Positions 25,301 through 42,699 of a DNA stretch of 64,000 bases are shown piece by piece (the first letter of the stretch is position 1; each line of letters begins with the position of its first letter). Source of the DNA: Anthoceros angustus (Eukaryota; Plantae; Anthocerotophyta). The DNA is taken from NCBI GenBank assembly GCA_010909165.1, contig VJWM01000116.1, forward strand, positions 558,001 to 622,000, written 5' to 3'. The notes under the pieces were generated by a model. The model worked only from the letters and a program-made list of their open reading frames with translations, had not been told where the DNA came from and ran no database searches. Made by a program: the position numbers and the translations under genes.

Positions 25301-27067
25301 TGCAGCATCTGCAAAAAAATGTCATGAGTGACTCCGTAGTTATCGAGATTGCCCACTGAAAAGCGTACAACTGAGTATCTGATACTGTACAAAGATGCAT
25401 ACCATTCTGCACAAGTAGGGCACCAAGGCCTGTAGGATACCCAAAGATCTGTAAACGATTCAAGACAAAAGTGAGCCGGTGTTTCCAGACAACGACCAAT
25501 TGAACATAGACCCTATCAGAACTAGAACTCGAATACCAATTTCCACATCAGGTAGGAATTCACCTTGTAAAAGGAGAGAGCAACAAAGTCGGCTGGAAAA
25601 CGAGAAAGGTCAGGAGGAGAAGTCCCACATGCCTTGGCAGCATCGACAAGAACTAGCCATTTGCCCCTGTCAAATCCTCAGAACTTCATCATCAACCTGC
25701 TAGGTAGGTAGCCAGCGTTGAAAGAAACATTAAAGACGAATGGACAGCAGCTAAGGGCGTCATTCGTAGCCAAGAACAGTTTTATCTTGACACTACCTGA
25801 CACCTGTGACATGCTTCCCCCCTTTCACGTCATTGACCAGCTGCAGGTTGAACTTTGCACCAGAGAAGTTGCACTCCCCGGGGAAAGCAAAAAGATTGTA
25901 CACATCTCCTGCCAATCACGCAGGAAGAAGAAGGGAAAATATTCAGTCCTGTGGGCATAACCAGAAACGAGCACAGGGAGCATTACACCACAAGCTAACC
26001 TTCCACATCCTGGAAGGCGGAAAAAGGTCGTCTCTGAGGCTTTCTGAGACTAAAACTACTTGCCCCACCAGGCACATAACCACTCGGTTCAATATCCACT
26101 GCCGTAACGGTGGCACCTTTGTCCAGCGCATACCTTGCCATCGTTAAGCATAAAGAACAAGACAGTCGAACTGGCAAATCCATTGACCTCCCTCAATACA
26201 ACTCTCATGACAAAACGGTCTCACAACTCCACACGAATTCATCCGAATTCATCCGTCCAGTACGCAGCACGGCCAACAAGGATACTCCCTCAATCCCAGC
26301 ACACTGTTGTGATTCTCCATAGCATACAGGTAGTGGCTATCACTACTCCACGGAAATGCCTCTCCAACAAGCTTCAGTGCCGACGTTGCTCCGGACGTGA
26401 AGATACACTTATAATCAGCTACAGAGGCATTGCAGAACTTCAAAACCTGAAAACGCCAAGCATATTCAGAGGAAAGCCCTGCGAACAAGAACATTCTTCC
26501 ACAAGCTCGAATTACTGCCGTCACATTCTTCAGGACGCAATCCCCGAGCAAGACTAAACCTCCTACCTGCGAGCGGGCTGATTCCATCAACTCTGCAGTC
26601 CTGGTGCTGCTGTCGTTCTGGCTATCTACGATGCGCCGGTCAGGGAATCCGCAACTCAATTGAGCGAGCCACGGCAGCTGCCAGAGGATGGAATTGAATG
26701 CAACCTAGGACAGGATACGAGGATTCCCGTAAAGATTATCCGACAAATCCTGCAATACCGCTCGCAACTGCCCGTCCGTGTGCAGCGTGGCTCCGGCGTG
26801 GTCCAGGTACACCGTCCTCGCTTCCAGACGCTTGAACTCCCCCGACCGCAGCCGGTCGAGGGACACAATTCCCCCGGGATACCCATACTCCGCTCCGTAG
26901 GTGCGGAGAAACTCCTTCTTCCTGTCATAGCGGATTCGAGCAAGATCAAGCTCCTCCGGGCTGCTGTGTCTCAGCAGCAGCGCAGGCAGCAGCTTGAGCT
27001 GCGCGCACACAGAGGCCAGCAGCAGAGCCAGCCAGTGGAGCAGGATCCTGTGCCAATTGTCCGCCAT
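22388..27067 (-). CDS. ABA3: Molybdenum cofactor sulfurase, multi-exon
   Basis: YLDHAGAT, IFTSGAT, ENHNSVLG, DAAK..SFYK/IFGYPTGLG, GHVCWDDHD..KPTGAVRVSFG; MOSC domain YPIKSCAG, FANEGQFLL, FRPNLV, CNRCTMIN. Confidence 0.96.
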
Positions 27068-27579
27068 GTGAGGCCCGATTTTAGACACCCTGTTGGAAGG
27101 AAGCCGGATTTAAGAGAGGGCAGAGCAGAGAGCGGAGCCGGGCCCCGCGGCGACAGCAGTTGTGTCACGGGGACTGGTGATGGGCCGGAGCTGGGCGTGT
27201 CACATGGCAGCCCACATGGAGCTTTAGGAGAACGGTCTGTGCGACCGATCTCGGGGGGTCCAACCTGGTGGGCTCGCTGAGGTAACCAGAAGCAGACCAG
27301 AGGTTTTGTGGGCGGTGGCGTCGTGTGTTCCGCTTTCTGGGGACGTGATAAGGCAAGTCTGCCCACTAGAAGCTCCGATTTTTGTCGCTCTCGTGATTTA
27401 CGGTTGGCTTCACCGGCATTGCTGGGGCAGCGGGAAATCATGGGCTACCGTAGATAGCAATGGATGAGCGGGGGGAGTAGAGAGAGATGCGGATATTATC
27501 GGGGTCGTGAGCAGGTCTGGGGTCAGGCCTTGCTGTTCTGTTGAGTGTTTGTGTGTGAGACTTTTGAAGAGAGTGCAGC

Positions 27580-27712
27580 TGCCTGGAAGGAAGGGAGCAC
27601 GGAGGGAGGAAGGACGGAAGGAAAGAAGGAAGACTGGAAGACTGGAAGAAAGGAAGAAAGAAGGGAACGAGGGAACGAGGGAATGAGGGAAGGAGGGAAG
27701 GAGGAAAGGGAA
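27580..27712. repeat. Purine-rich (GGAA/GAG) tract in the divergent promoter region
   Basis: GGAAGGAAGGGAG-type low-complexity sequence. Confidence 0.75.
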
Positions 27713-28696
27713 CCATGTTGGTATTGGGCTCGGCTGTTTGTGGGTTTTGCTGGGTGGGTTTATCCGCGGAGGAAGATTCTGTGTGAGAGACGGGGGATTT
27801 TTACCTCGGCGCCGCTCGCCCTATCCAATCTTGTCTGACTCTGCGCCGGGCTGGAGGCCTGGAGGTGGGCAGGGTAGCTATGGAGGGGGGAGGGGGGTAA
27901 AAGAGAGGGAGGCATATATCAATCCTGCAGCTGGCGCTGCCGGTGTGGGAGCCCAGTTGCTTGTACTTGCCACCTCCCTCGCTGCCGCTGCGGTGCTGTA
28001 GCCGGCAGTTGTAGTGGGAGGGTAATCTGGCGGCACTGCAGACAGATCGGGGCAGGGCCCGGCCCGGACCCAGACCCCTGTGGGTGCTGGATTCTTGGGG
28101 CAGCAGGGGTGTGGGTTGCTGATCCTTTTGGGCAAGAATTTCGGGTCCGGGCAGGTTGCATGTCGCATTTGTTGGGCAGTGTGGTGGTGGTGGCGCACGT
28201 TGGGGAGAGGGAGGCGGAGGAGTATCGTAAAGCACCTGCGGCGGCAGCAGCACCAATTGAGCGGGTTGCGAAAGGCGGAGGAGTAGGCGGCGGATGGGGC
28301 CATGGCAGGGACTGGGTGATGACTGAGGTCCGCTCCTCTGGACCTATGGTGGTGGGTTTGGTGTGCTCCGGCTTGTGGTGGTGTGTTGTGTGGGCGTGCC
28401 ATACCCCCTCCTCCTGCTCCTAGGACATAGCAGCACGGGCTTTGCTTCTCCCTGCTGCTGCTTCCTTCCCTTGCCTTGCGCTGTCACCTACCCTTTCCTT
28501 TCCCTCCTTTCCTTTCCCTCCTTTCCTTCAGGTTGGAAGCTGCAGTGCCGTGCAGATACCTCTTGCTGGGTGGGTAGGTGGATGGATAGATGGGTCATGT
28601 TAGTAGAAGCACACACAGGCATTGAGGCAGACGCATAGCAGCGAGTCTGAATTCGGCGGCCAGGACTGACCTGAGCTGAGATTGAGGGGCCTCATC

Positions 28697-30317
28697 ATGG
28701 CCGAGCGGCTCATGAGGATGGGCTTCCCAATTGACTGGTGTGAGTGTGCTCTGAAACACAGCTCGGACCTGGACACGGCGCTGGACCTGCTGTTGCGGTG
28801 GCAGGAGGAAGCGAGGCAGGCTGCGGCGCCCGCTGCCCCGGAACATGAGGCCTCCAATTCTCTCACGCCCACCTCGCCGCGCTTCCTGCCCTCCCTCTCG
28901 CTCTCCGGATCCTCAGGCAGGAGCACCAACCGCGCGCAGATGTTCCCGGTTATAGCCAGCAGCGACGCAGTGGTTCCGCAGGCCAGTGGGAGTGAGCAGG
29001 AGCACCAGCAAGTCCCGCTGCCTCAGTATCAGGTGCTTGTTTTCTTCCATGCTTCCCACCGCATGTTTCCGCCATTGCTGTTTCAAAGCAGGAAAGGAGG
29101 ATTTCCTGCCAGGCCATGCCATGCCTCTTGCTTGGATCTAAAACTGCTCCCCTTCTCTGCTCTGCTGCATTTTTCTCCTCTTCCTAGCTCAGTGAATCTG
29201 CATGCTTGAAATCTTGCATGCCCTGCCCTGGCCGCTTGGTTGTCCAGGAAGCAGAAACAGAGGGCTGGGGTTATGCACTCGGGCTCGGGCTCAGGCGGCA
29301 CCCCCTTTGCCGTGCCTTGCTTTGCTTTGCAGGAGCGTGATGGCGTCAAGAGAAAGCCCTGTGAGGACTTGCAGAGAGTCAGGAAACTGCTTTTTCGCCC
29401 CACACATGCTCAGAAACATAGCGTCCTAGACGGAGCTAGACCCATCCGAGTGCAAGGTAAGAGCCTTGCGGGTTAGTCGAGTCAAGTCAGTGGCATGTTC
29501 TGCGCAGCCCTGTCAGCTCATCGTTGTTGGATTTGTTGCAGGACCTGCTCAGTCGGTTGAGGTAGAGTCCCTTGAAAGTGTAGAGCCCAAGATGGACAGG
29601 TCTGTTTCCAACACCCACAGCAAGCTTGCTTGCAGCCAGCCGAACCCTTTAGGCGAAAGCATCTGTTACGGTCAAGGGCACGTGAGAGGACGAAGGAGCG
29701 GCGGAAGTCTGGACCTGGACGGGGAGAGGGTGAGGTTGAGGGAGCTTGCATTGCAGTCCGCGGCCTGGAGGATGTCTGAAGCAGCAGCCATGTTCCGCGA
29801 CGGGCTCCAGCCAGACAAGGGAGAGGCGGGTGGGCATTTCCACTGCCCGGCTAGTCCTGTAAACGAAGACGTCTACGATGACCAGGCGGTGGACGAGGGT
29901 TGGACATCCATCATGGAGATCGATGAACCGCAAAAAGTGTTCCCCTCCTCAGGAGTGAAGGGAAATGATTCTGGATTCAACTCCTCCAGTGGTACAAGTA
30001 CGGAGAATGATAATCAGTCTGTGGATGGTCCCGAGTGTGCGCTCGGTCTGCAGACCGGAGCGTGCTTGGTTAACTTACAGTCCCATACTTGCGATGACAA
30101 CGACATGACCTTGATAGGTACGTCAGCCAAACAAAGGGGAAGGTTGCCTTCCAGCTCTTGGTGTCCTAATCCTCCGAAGAAGATGCAGCGAACTTGCGAG
30201 GACAGTCACCCACATGATCCTGGGATCAGCACCTGTCATATGCAGGGAACAGGTCCTGTCAGTGGCAGGGCCCCGATTAGACATCAATGGCAACCATCTG
30301 ACAATCTCTTTAGGTGA
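28697..30317 (+). CDS. Uncharacterised protein with N-terminal UBA-like domain (exons 28697-29032, 29333-29456, 29542-30317)
   Basis: LMRMGFPIDWCECALKHSSDLDTALDLLL fits the UBA MGF..LL pattern; GT-AG introns are phase-consistent. Confidence 0.65.
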
Positions 30318-31174
30318 TTCTGATGTGCTTGCTTCAGGATTGTGCCGCCAATTTCGTTTCTTAGATTGCCTAGGGCCCGTGTAGTCTTGTTTGTTTTGTT
30401 CATGGGGATGCTTGTATGAGGAAGAAATTGTGTCTGGTATGTTGTGTGCACAGTGTAGCTGAAGGGGAGCAACATGTAACCCGCAGGGAAGGGAAGGAAC
30501 ACGCATACCAATAGCAGGGCCGGGTTGGCATGCGTCCATCTTGAGGTCAGGGTTGCTCACTGAAGGAACGTAGTCAGCGATGGGTGGGTGATCGGTCCCC
30601 TTGGTTTGTTTTTTTGAGGCACGAGCATGTACATAGTCAAATATTTAGTGGTGCTTGTGTATGGTCTCTTGTTTGGTCCAAATACACAGTCCGTGAGTGG
30701 AGGAAAGCCGTAGCCTGCTTTCGTGCTTTGCATTCTGACGTGTACAGTAAGATGATCGAAGTCTTCAGGAATGTAAGCCTGCTATGTGAGAAGATTTACT
30801 ACTGCAGTTGATTGGCATGAGCGTGCCTGCGACTCTGTACCAAATGTTTTTTTTTGCTGGCCATGATCTCAACCGCAAACCAGAGATATGAAAGCCAAGC
30901 CGGCCGTGCATTAGCCGTAGACTGAGGGGCAATTGTAGGGTAAGAACCTGAGAAGTAGTCCAGATGAAAGCTGAGAGAAATTTTTGTCCGCAGAAAAATC
31001 ACTTTTTCTGTATTCTAGTATGGCAAGAACATAGTGTCGATTTCAATGGAATCTTTTAGCACAGACGTCATGCTGATTTTGTTTTGATGCCGGATGCTGT
31101 TTTCGTCTTACACGGAACTTCGTCCTTTGCCATGGCAACGAACGCGTTGTGACAACACCGAATCACCTGTGATT

Positions 31175-32446
31175 TCAACCGTCTCCAAGCTTCCATTTTC
31201 TAAGTGAATGGCCGTAAAAAACCAAAGCTGCGAGAACAAAGGAAGTGAACAATCCATATCGCACCCATGAATTGGAGCTCGCCACTGGGCCTACCATTCC
31301 CAACCATAGCCACAGCCACAGCCCCGCAAATATAGACCCAATGGTCACACCTGCCACCACTTGGGCAGTGGTGTGCATGCCCTCCGCAACTCTCAACCAA
31401 GCCTGCAGAAGCAACCACCACGAGGGACACTGGTCGGTACGAATAAAGTTTTTCGACAGAATCAAATGTAAATCTTTCAACAACCCACCATGTATGCTCC
31501 CAGCAGAAGTATGAGGGAAGTAACCGCTGCAGCTTGAGCATCGAGGCCTTGCCATCCGATGTCTGCAGCATACAACGACTCTGTCAACAGAGTAAAGAGC
31601 ATCAATCAGACAGGACGCTAGAACCCCCACACCCAGAAATCAACACTTACATCCCAAAGCGGCATAAGCCGAAAGGTAGCCGAGGGATTGGCCATGCGTA
31701 GATGGCATCCCCGGGTCAGATTTCATGTGCAGGGCTGAGGCAGGCCGTTCCTGGTTGATGAGACGCTTCAGCAGTTTGGAGCTCCCCCCGTTCACCAAAG
31801 AGCCCAGCACGGCCCAGATCACGGCATCGTCCCTCCTCCACAGCACCACTGCAGTCGCACCCACCAGCATAACCCACTTTGACTGCAAAAGCAACCATCA
31901 ATTCCAATGCAATGCAATGCAATGCAATGCAATGCAATCCAATCCAATCCAATCCAATCCAATCCAATCCAATCCAATCCAATCCAATGCATTGCAACAG
32001 GATGCAACGCCACCAACATCTCCACCACAACACAATCGCCCATCGCAGCAGATTTCTGGAATCACCAGATTCGTTATCTTGTAAATGACGAAGAGGAGAA
32101 TTCGCAGGCACACCACCCCCTCAAAAGAACCCTCAAAAGAAAACTTCCCACAAAAATCACCACCCACCAAGCTGTTAGCGGTGCTGTTAACCCAGCCGAG
32201 GGAGGGGCGCTCCAAAGCGAGCTGCTCCACCTCGAAGCTCACAACTCCAGCTCTAGCAGCTCCTGCTACTTCGCCCTCTTCGCCCTTCATTCCCCTCGCC
32301 CGCCTCCATAGAGAGGCAGAGACCCTGGGAGAGGGTAGCTTCTCGAATCCGCTCAGCTTGCCCAATCCGGCCTTCTCCAGAGCTCTTGTCATCCGCAATG
32401 AAGATCCATGGCAAGCAGTCCTAGAGAGCAGATACTTGAACTCCAT
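31175..32446 (-). CDS. LPPE: Lipid phosphate phosphatase epsilon (PAP2), plastid-type
   Basis: KRLINQERP, PGMPSTHGQ and WLRVAEGMHTTAQV motifs; transit-like N-terminus. Confidence 0.92.
31905..31990. repeat. Compound intronic microsatellite (CAATG)n(CAATC)n
   Basis: Seen directly in the sequence. Confidence 0.95.
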
Positions 32447-32955
32447 TCAAAAACAAACTATACGCGGAAGGGAAGGGGGAAGGAGACAAGCAAATAATAA
32501 CACGGAGAAGAGACGAGATCAAGAGACAAGACGAGATCAGGAGGGAAACATTCCATCTTTTTCAAATCAGACATACAATACCGTATAATACAATAAGCAG
32601 CATAAGCAGAATACCTAGCTAGTGTACGAAGCATTGCATACCAGTGATGGGTGGGTGCATTGTATGTGAGAGAGAGGTCGACCCGATTCGGCCAGCCAGG
32701 CGCAGGCCATCACTAGCGTCAGCCGCAGGCGGGGCGATCAGAGGCTGGGACGGCGTGTGCCGTGGGCCCTTTGCCACGCGGCTTCGTCCATCTCCAGGCG
32801 TGAAGCTGACGCTGAAGCGCTGCGTGGTGGGAGCTCTGGCGCGCAGGAGCCGGAGATCGAGCCACCAGCCTGCGATCAACAAGGCGAGCACACTCAGCGG
32901 AGCAACAGCAACAGCAACAGCAACAGCAACTGAAGGAACTAGGATATCAGCAGCT

Positions 32956-33664
32956 ATGGCGGCGTCGTACGGCTTGGCGGCGGCGCCGGTGACCTACGCG
33001 GTGCACGTGCTGGGAGTGTTGGCCATCGCGCTGGTGCTGTACTGGACGGTGCAGTACCGGGGGGGCCTAGCGTGGGACTCGAGCAACAAGAACCTGGTGT
33101 TCAACCTGCACCCGGTGCTGATGATCGGGGGCTTCGTGTTCGTGTCCAGCGAGGCTATCCTGATCTACAAGACAATCGGGGGAACCAAGCAGGTGCGCAA
33201 GGGCTGGCATCTGGGGCTGCAGCTGCTGGCGCTGGCGCTGGGGATTGTCGGCATCTGGACCGCCTTCCGATACCACAACGAGAGCACCCCCGCCATCGAC
33301 AACCTCTACAGCCTGCACTCGTGGCTGGGGCTGTCCGCGGCCGTGCTCTTCGGAATCCAGTGGCTCTACGGCTTCCTCACCTTCTGGTACCCCGGCGGCA
33401 GCCCAGCTGCGCCGCCGCAGCCTGCCCTGGCACGTCTTCTTGGGCCTCTTCATCTACGTGCTCGGCCTGGCCGCCTCGCTCACCGGCATCCTGGAGAAGA
33501 TCACGTTTCTGCAGAACAGCAAGGTGTTTGGCCATTACGACTTCGAGCCCCTGCTTGTTAACTCCCTGGGGCTGGTGGTTGTCGTGTTTGGGGCTCTCGT
33601 TGTTCTGGCTGCCGTCCTTCCGCAGGGTGCCGCTCAGGAGGAGGGATATGCTCCCATTGAGTGA
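32956..33664 (+). CDS. CYB561: Cytochrome b561 (transmembrane ascorbate ferrireductase), intronless; one frameshift near 33402
   Basis: FNLHPVLM, HLGLQ, NLYSLHSWLG, then in the next frame LPWHVFLG..TGILEKITF. Confidence 0.92.
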
Positions 33665-34201
33665 CTTCATCCTCCCCTTCTTCATCATCTTTTTCTGCTT
33701 CTTGCTACTTCCCTACAAGCTTTCTCCAGACAATCGCTTGGAGTCAGCTTGTGCTTGTAAAACTACATCCTGCGATCTTGAAGTGTATTATGTCTAGGGA
33801 CCTATAAACATCTAGCTTTATGACTGCCCAGTGAATTCAATATTGATCAAATACTCAATTACCCACGTGGGCGACTTGATCCAAACATGTACCTCATATG
33901 TTCTTAAATAACTTGGTCTTTCGTGATTTGCAATCCTGGTAGAAATAAATAAACTTCTTGGAGCTTTAGGGATGTGGCGCTGCCTGAAGGAGTCGAGTCT
34001 CGATCTAACCAAAACAGCGTGCAAGCGACGGCCAGGGGGACCCAAGAGTGGTGGTGAAACTATTCCTGGAATCCGGAGATGCTCAGGCATCTCCGAAGCT
34101 ACACAAACCTTTTTCTACCACTTAAACTAGGACGGGTATCCAATGGGCGGGCGCCAACTGGGTCATGCACAACCTAGCACAGCGGATGCCAGAATCCTAC
34201 T

Positions 34202-38853
<4,652 letters not shown>

Positions 38854-40037
38854 CTGCAGAAGGTAAAGGATGAGGGAGGACCTCACTGAGGGATGGACCG
38901 CTTTCAGAGCAAAAGCTAAGCTGTGGTCACCACCTCATTGCATGCCTCGCTCAATGAATGCACTGGTAGTAGCCCGAGACGATAAAAGACACGCTGTTGA
39001 GTAAGTCCTCGCAACAGAAAACCCCCTCCAGCTCAGCCCAGGCATTCCCCTGAGTCCAACACACAATGGAAGAATGGCACCTCGCTTGCATATGAGCCCT
39101 GCTCTGACCACGACTCTGGTCACGAACGAAGCGTGAAATGTTGCTGCCAGGCCAGATTAGACCGCAAGGTGGCCCCGCTCGTCTTCTGGGATTCTGCTTC
39201 CCTTAACTATATAAGGCTAGAGTTCGAGACTGAAGTTGCACGCCCGAAGCAGCCTCCACGGGACACCTCGGTCACATTGGAAGGCTAGACACCAACCCAC
39301 GTGCACGGCTCTTCACAATGAGCTTGTGGCGTCCCGATCCTGGGTATTCCCCGTTCTCGATGGTTTGCCACCAAAATTGTTACACCCACAGCAACAGCTT
39401 TACATATTTATTTTCACTAGGGGTACAAGAATCACTAGGGTGCGCCAGAACCACCACTGACGGACAACTAAGTACGTATTCTATGATTTAAAGGTAGGCA
39501 GAAGGGGTACTCTGGGCACTCTCCACCGTTCTTAGACCCTTTGGCTCTCCCCAAACTAGATGGGTTGATCCCGATCGCTACATCAAGCATTCCTTTAGGA
39601 TAGAAATAAATTTATACGAGTTTAAATCAAAGAGACACAAATTAAATAGGCTAAAGAAAGAAAGAAAGTGAAGATACACATGAGGGCTCCACGGTGCATA
39701 AAGCATCACCAAGAAAATAAGGAATGAAAGCGTGTTTTATAAAAAAATTTATATACTCAAAGGAATAAAATTGATTAGGGAGTCTCATATTGAAGGTCAC
39801 ACACGGATAGAGAGAAGAGAGAATAGTAAGTTAAAAAGTAAAATTCACTCTCCGATCCAAACGAACAAAGCCAGCAAATGTGTCTTCCATAGGAAAAACA
39901 ATAATTAGTCATAATATCATAACTATTATTATAAAATCATGACATATTATTATTATATAATTTTGATTCATAATCTTATAATATCATGACTATTAATTTG
40001 TAGTAAGACATGTTTGTCAGGCAAAGCCTTCTTAGCT

Positions 40038-40500
40038 CACTATTAGAAAAAGAGACTTTATAACAGATTTATACAACTGCCATCGTAAAATTGGCGTTGT
40101 AAACACCTTGCTTTAGTTTGTATTGTAATTTCCTCAAAGACATATGTACTTTGTACATATGGTATCGTATATGGTATACACATATTTTATAAGGGACCTT
40201 ATACAAGGGCAGTCGGTAACCGATCAAAACTAGTCAGAATACTACAACACAGCATTACAACAGGGCATTTACAAGAGAACTTTACAACAAGACATTTACT
40301 AAGGACATTACAACAGGGCATTTATTATACGAATTTACAACAAGATATTTACTACAGAACTTTACAACAAGATATTACTACTAGGTTTACAACACGATAT
40401 TTACAAATGGATTTTCTTTTGCTTTATTATAATTGGGTATTTTTTATTGGAAATATATAAAATTATAACTATGTCATCAAATGCATTTTACAACAAGCTA
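40038..40500. mobile_element. Truncated CACTA left end
   Basis: CACTATTAGAAAA terminus plus an array of TTTACAAC/TTTACTAC subterminal repeats like those at 9875-14783. Confidence 0.65.
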
Positions 40501-41724
40501 ACCTGTCACGGTGCGGATCCGTGAGTTTCGAGCCTAGTCTGTCTTGTGGAAAATCTAGTTGTCTTGTTCGTTGTTCGGATGCCTTTTGTACATTCACGAG
40601 TTCAGATTCCAAGGAGGAGAGACCAATACTTGCAATTATGCTCCAGTATTCCTCTTCTAAACACAATAAGGAAGCACATGATTAATCATAAATCTGTCAT
40701 CCTCCACTGTCTTCTTATAAGTAGCCTCCATCACTTTTGTATCACACTCATTTATGTTGAATCCAGCAGCAAACAATTCATGCTACATGGTTAGGGGCTT
40801 CTTCAACTTCTTGGCCTATGGATGGACCGTGCAAGCTGGACGTTTTAGGAGTCCATAGGGAGATGGCCGTTGCGCTGAAGCTGTATATAGCAGTCCAGTA
40901 ATGCTGCTCACAAAAGATTTGATTGCCTTTGCAATCAAGGCATGCCGAATGCAGTCCGGAAAGGTAGGGAAACCAAATTCAAGGAAGCATGGAAGAGTCC
41001 CAACTTCTCATTTAAGCTCTTCTACGACGAGATTCCATCTAGAGCTACTATGGCCGCAAAGCTCAAGTGCTGCAACTGCGCCATGTCCTCTGGGCCGTCC
41101 AAGGCAAGATGCTTGGTTGCTTTAAGGTGACCCCTGGTTGCTTATTTTGCTCAAGACATACTACAAAGCTAGTTTTGATTTTTGCTTGCGAGCACTCACG
41201 AGTATGTCCCGAGTAACCGAATACTCGGGACTGCGGGAATTATATTGATTAACTAGATGGCTTGCGGTTGCCTGTTTGTGCATTGATGTTGATGCAGGAG
41301 GGCTCCGATGTGAGCCAACATGACACGCATGGATACTTAGAAAGGCACAGAAGGCTATCTAGCACTTTATTTCGAAAGCTGAAAATAATCAAGAATAGAG
41401 AACTTAAGAAAAATATACAAGATTCAAATTCAGAATCATACTCCAACAAACTAATTTGACCAACTTGCTGTCGGCCTAAGGTAATTTCATGAGGATAACC
41501 TTTGAAGTAACTTCAACCTGCTGCCCTCTAAAAGTTACCTCACGACTTGCTCTTCTCTAGAGGTCAAATCAGCACCTTGTTGCCAAGTGGGTGTGCCAGA
41601 GACCACCACCTCATTGTATTTTGAAAACCTAAATTACAATAACATCATGAATCATCTTAATTACTCCCAAGGAATAATACTAAGAAAGATACAACTAAGG
41701 TCCGTGGAGGACTCATATACCATC

Positions 41725-42090
41725 TTGCTTCTAAAACAATGCAAAACATATTGCTCCTAAAACAATGCAAAACGAATACCCTACTCAACCTTCTCCAAAT
41801 ACAAATCTACTACCTTCACCCAAAACAATGCAAAACATCTTGCTCCTAAAACAATACTAAACGAATACCATGCTTAACCTTCTCCAAATACAAATCTACT
41901 ACATTGCACCCAAAACAATGCAAAACGAATAACCTTCTTAACATTCTCCAAATACAAGATGGATAATTATGTGATTAATTTTTTTATTCTCTTTATATAC
42001 TTCCAAATGTCTCCTTCTTAACATTCTCCAAATACAAGGTGCACAATTATGTGATAAATGGTTTTATTCTCTTTCTATACTTCCAAATGT
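41725..42090. repeat. Tandem repeats (AAAACAATGCAAAAC, TTCTCCAAATACAA; ~80-90-bp units)
   Basis: Seen directly in the sequence. Confidence 0.8.
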
Positions 42091-42354
42091 CTGCACATGG
42101 ATCGAAGATTTCTTAAATGACATTAAAAGATAATATTTTGAGAAGAATGCAGATCAATTTACGAAGGAATACATCGAATTGCAATGTGCTCCCACAAGAA
42201 GTGTCTCCGTAATCCTAAAGGGTTGAAGACAACCTTAACTTAATTCAACGAGAGACTTGCGAATTGGACAAGACAAATTTTCGAATCTCCCTTTCAAAGA
42301 TAAAGAATTTTTTTATTTTTAGGTATCTCTTTTCTCAGAAAAATTTTCACGAAT

Positions 42355-42535
42355 CTTTTACCGGGTATTGTGGAACATACAACATCAAAAGCCGGGAACC
42401 GGGAGTTACCGTTTTTATTTGCGCGAACCCATCTGTAGCACGTTTACACCACCCGTGAAACCCACTCGAAATACCCGAACCCGGACCCGGCAATTTTTTG
42501 CGGGTCCGGGTCGAGGCTCACACGAAACACCCTTA
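42355..42535. mobile_element. Possible hAT-type transposon end
   Basis: Clustered ACCCG/CGGGT motifs ending in AAACACCCT; partner TIR not found. Confidence 0.35.
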
Positions 42536-42699
42536 GCTATGTCCATCAAACGAAAGATAAAGTCACGCTGCCAATGCTATGGACATACCGTCAAAGCGGT
42601 TCGACACCCATAGCGGGATGGCATACTACTAGCCAATACAATGGCTGCAACAGCATATCTAGAACCCAGAAAACGGACTGAAAATGCACTTGCACCAAC

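Noticed and set aside
31716-32111. LDWIG/QSNPI repeat proteins
   Set aside because: Intronic pentanucleotide microsatellite
40942-41130. Possible hAT zinc-finger fragment (FKEAW..KCCNC)
   Set aside because: Too short and weak; no downstream transposase motifs
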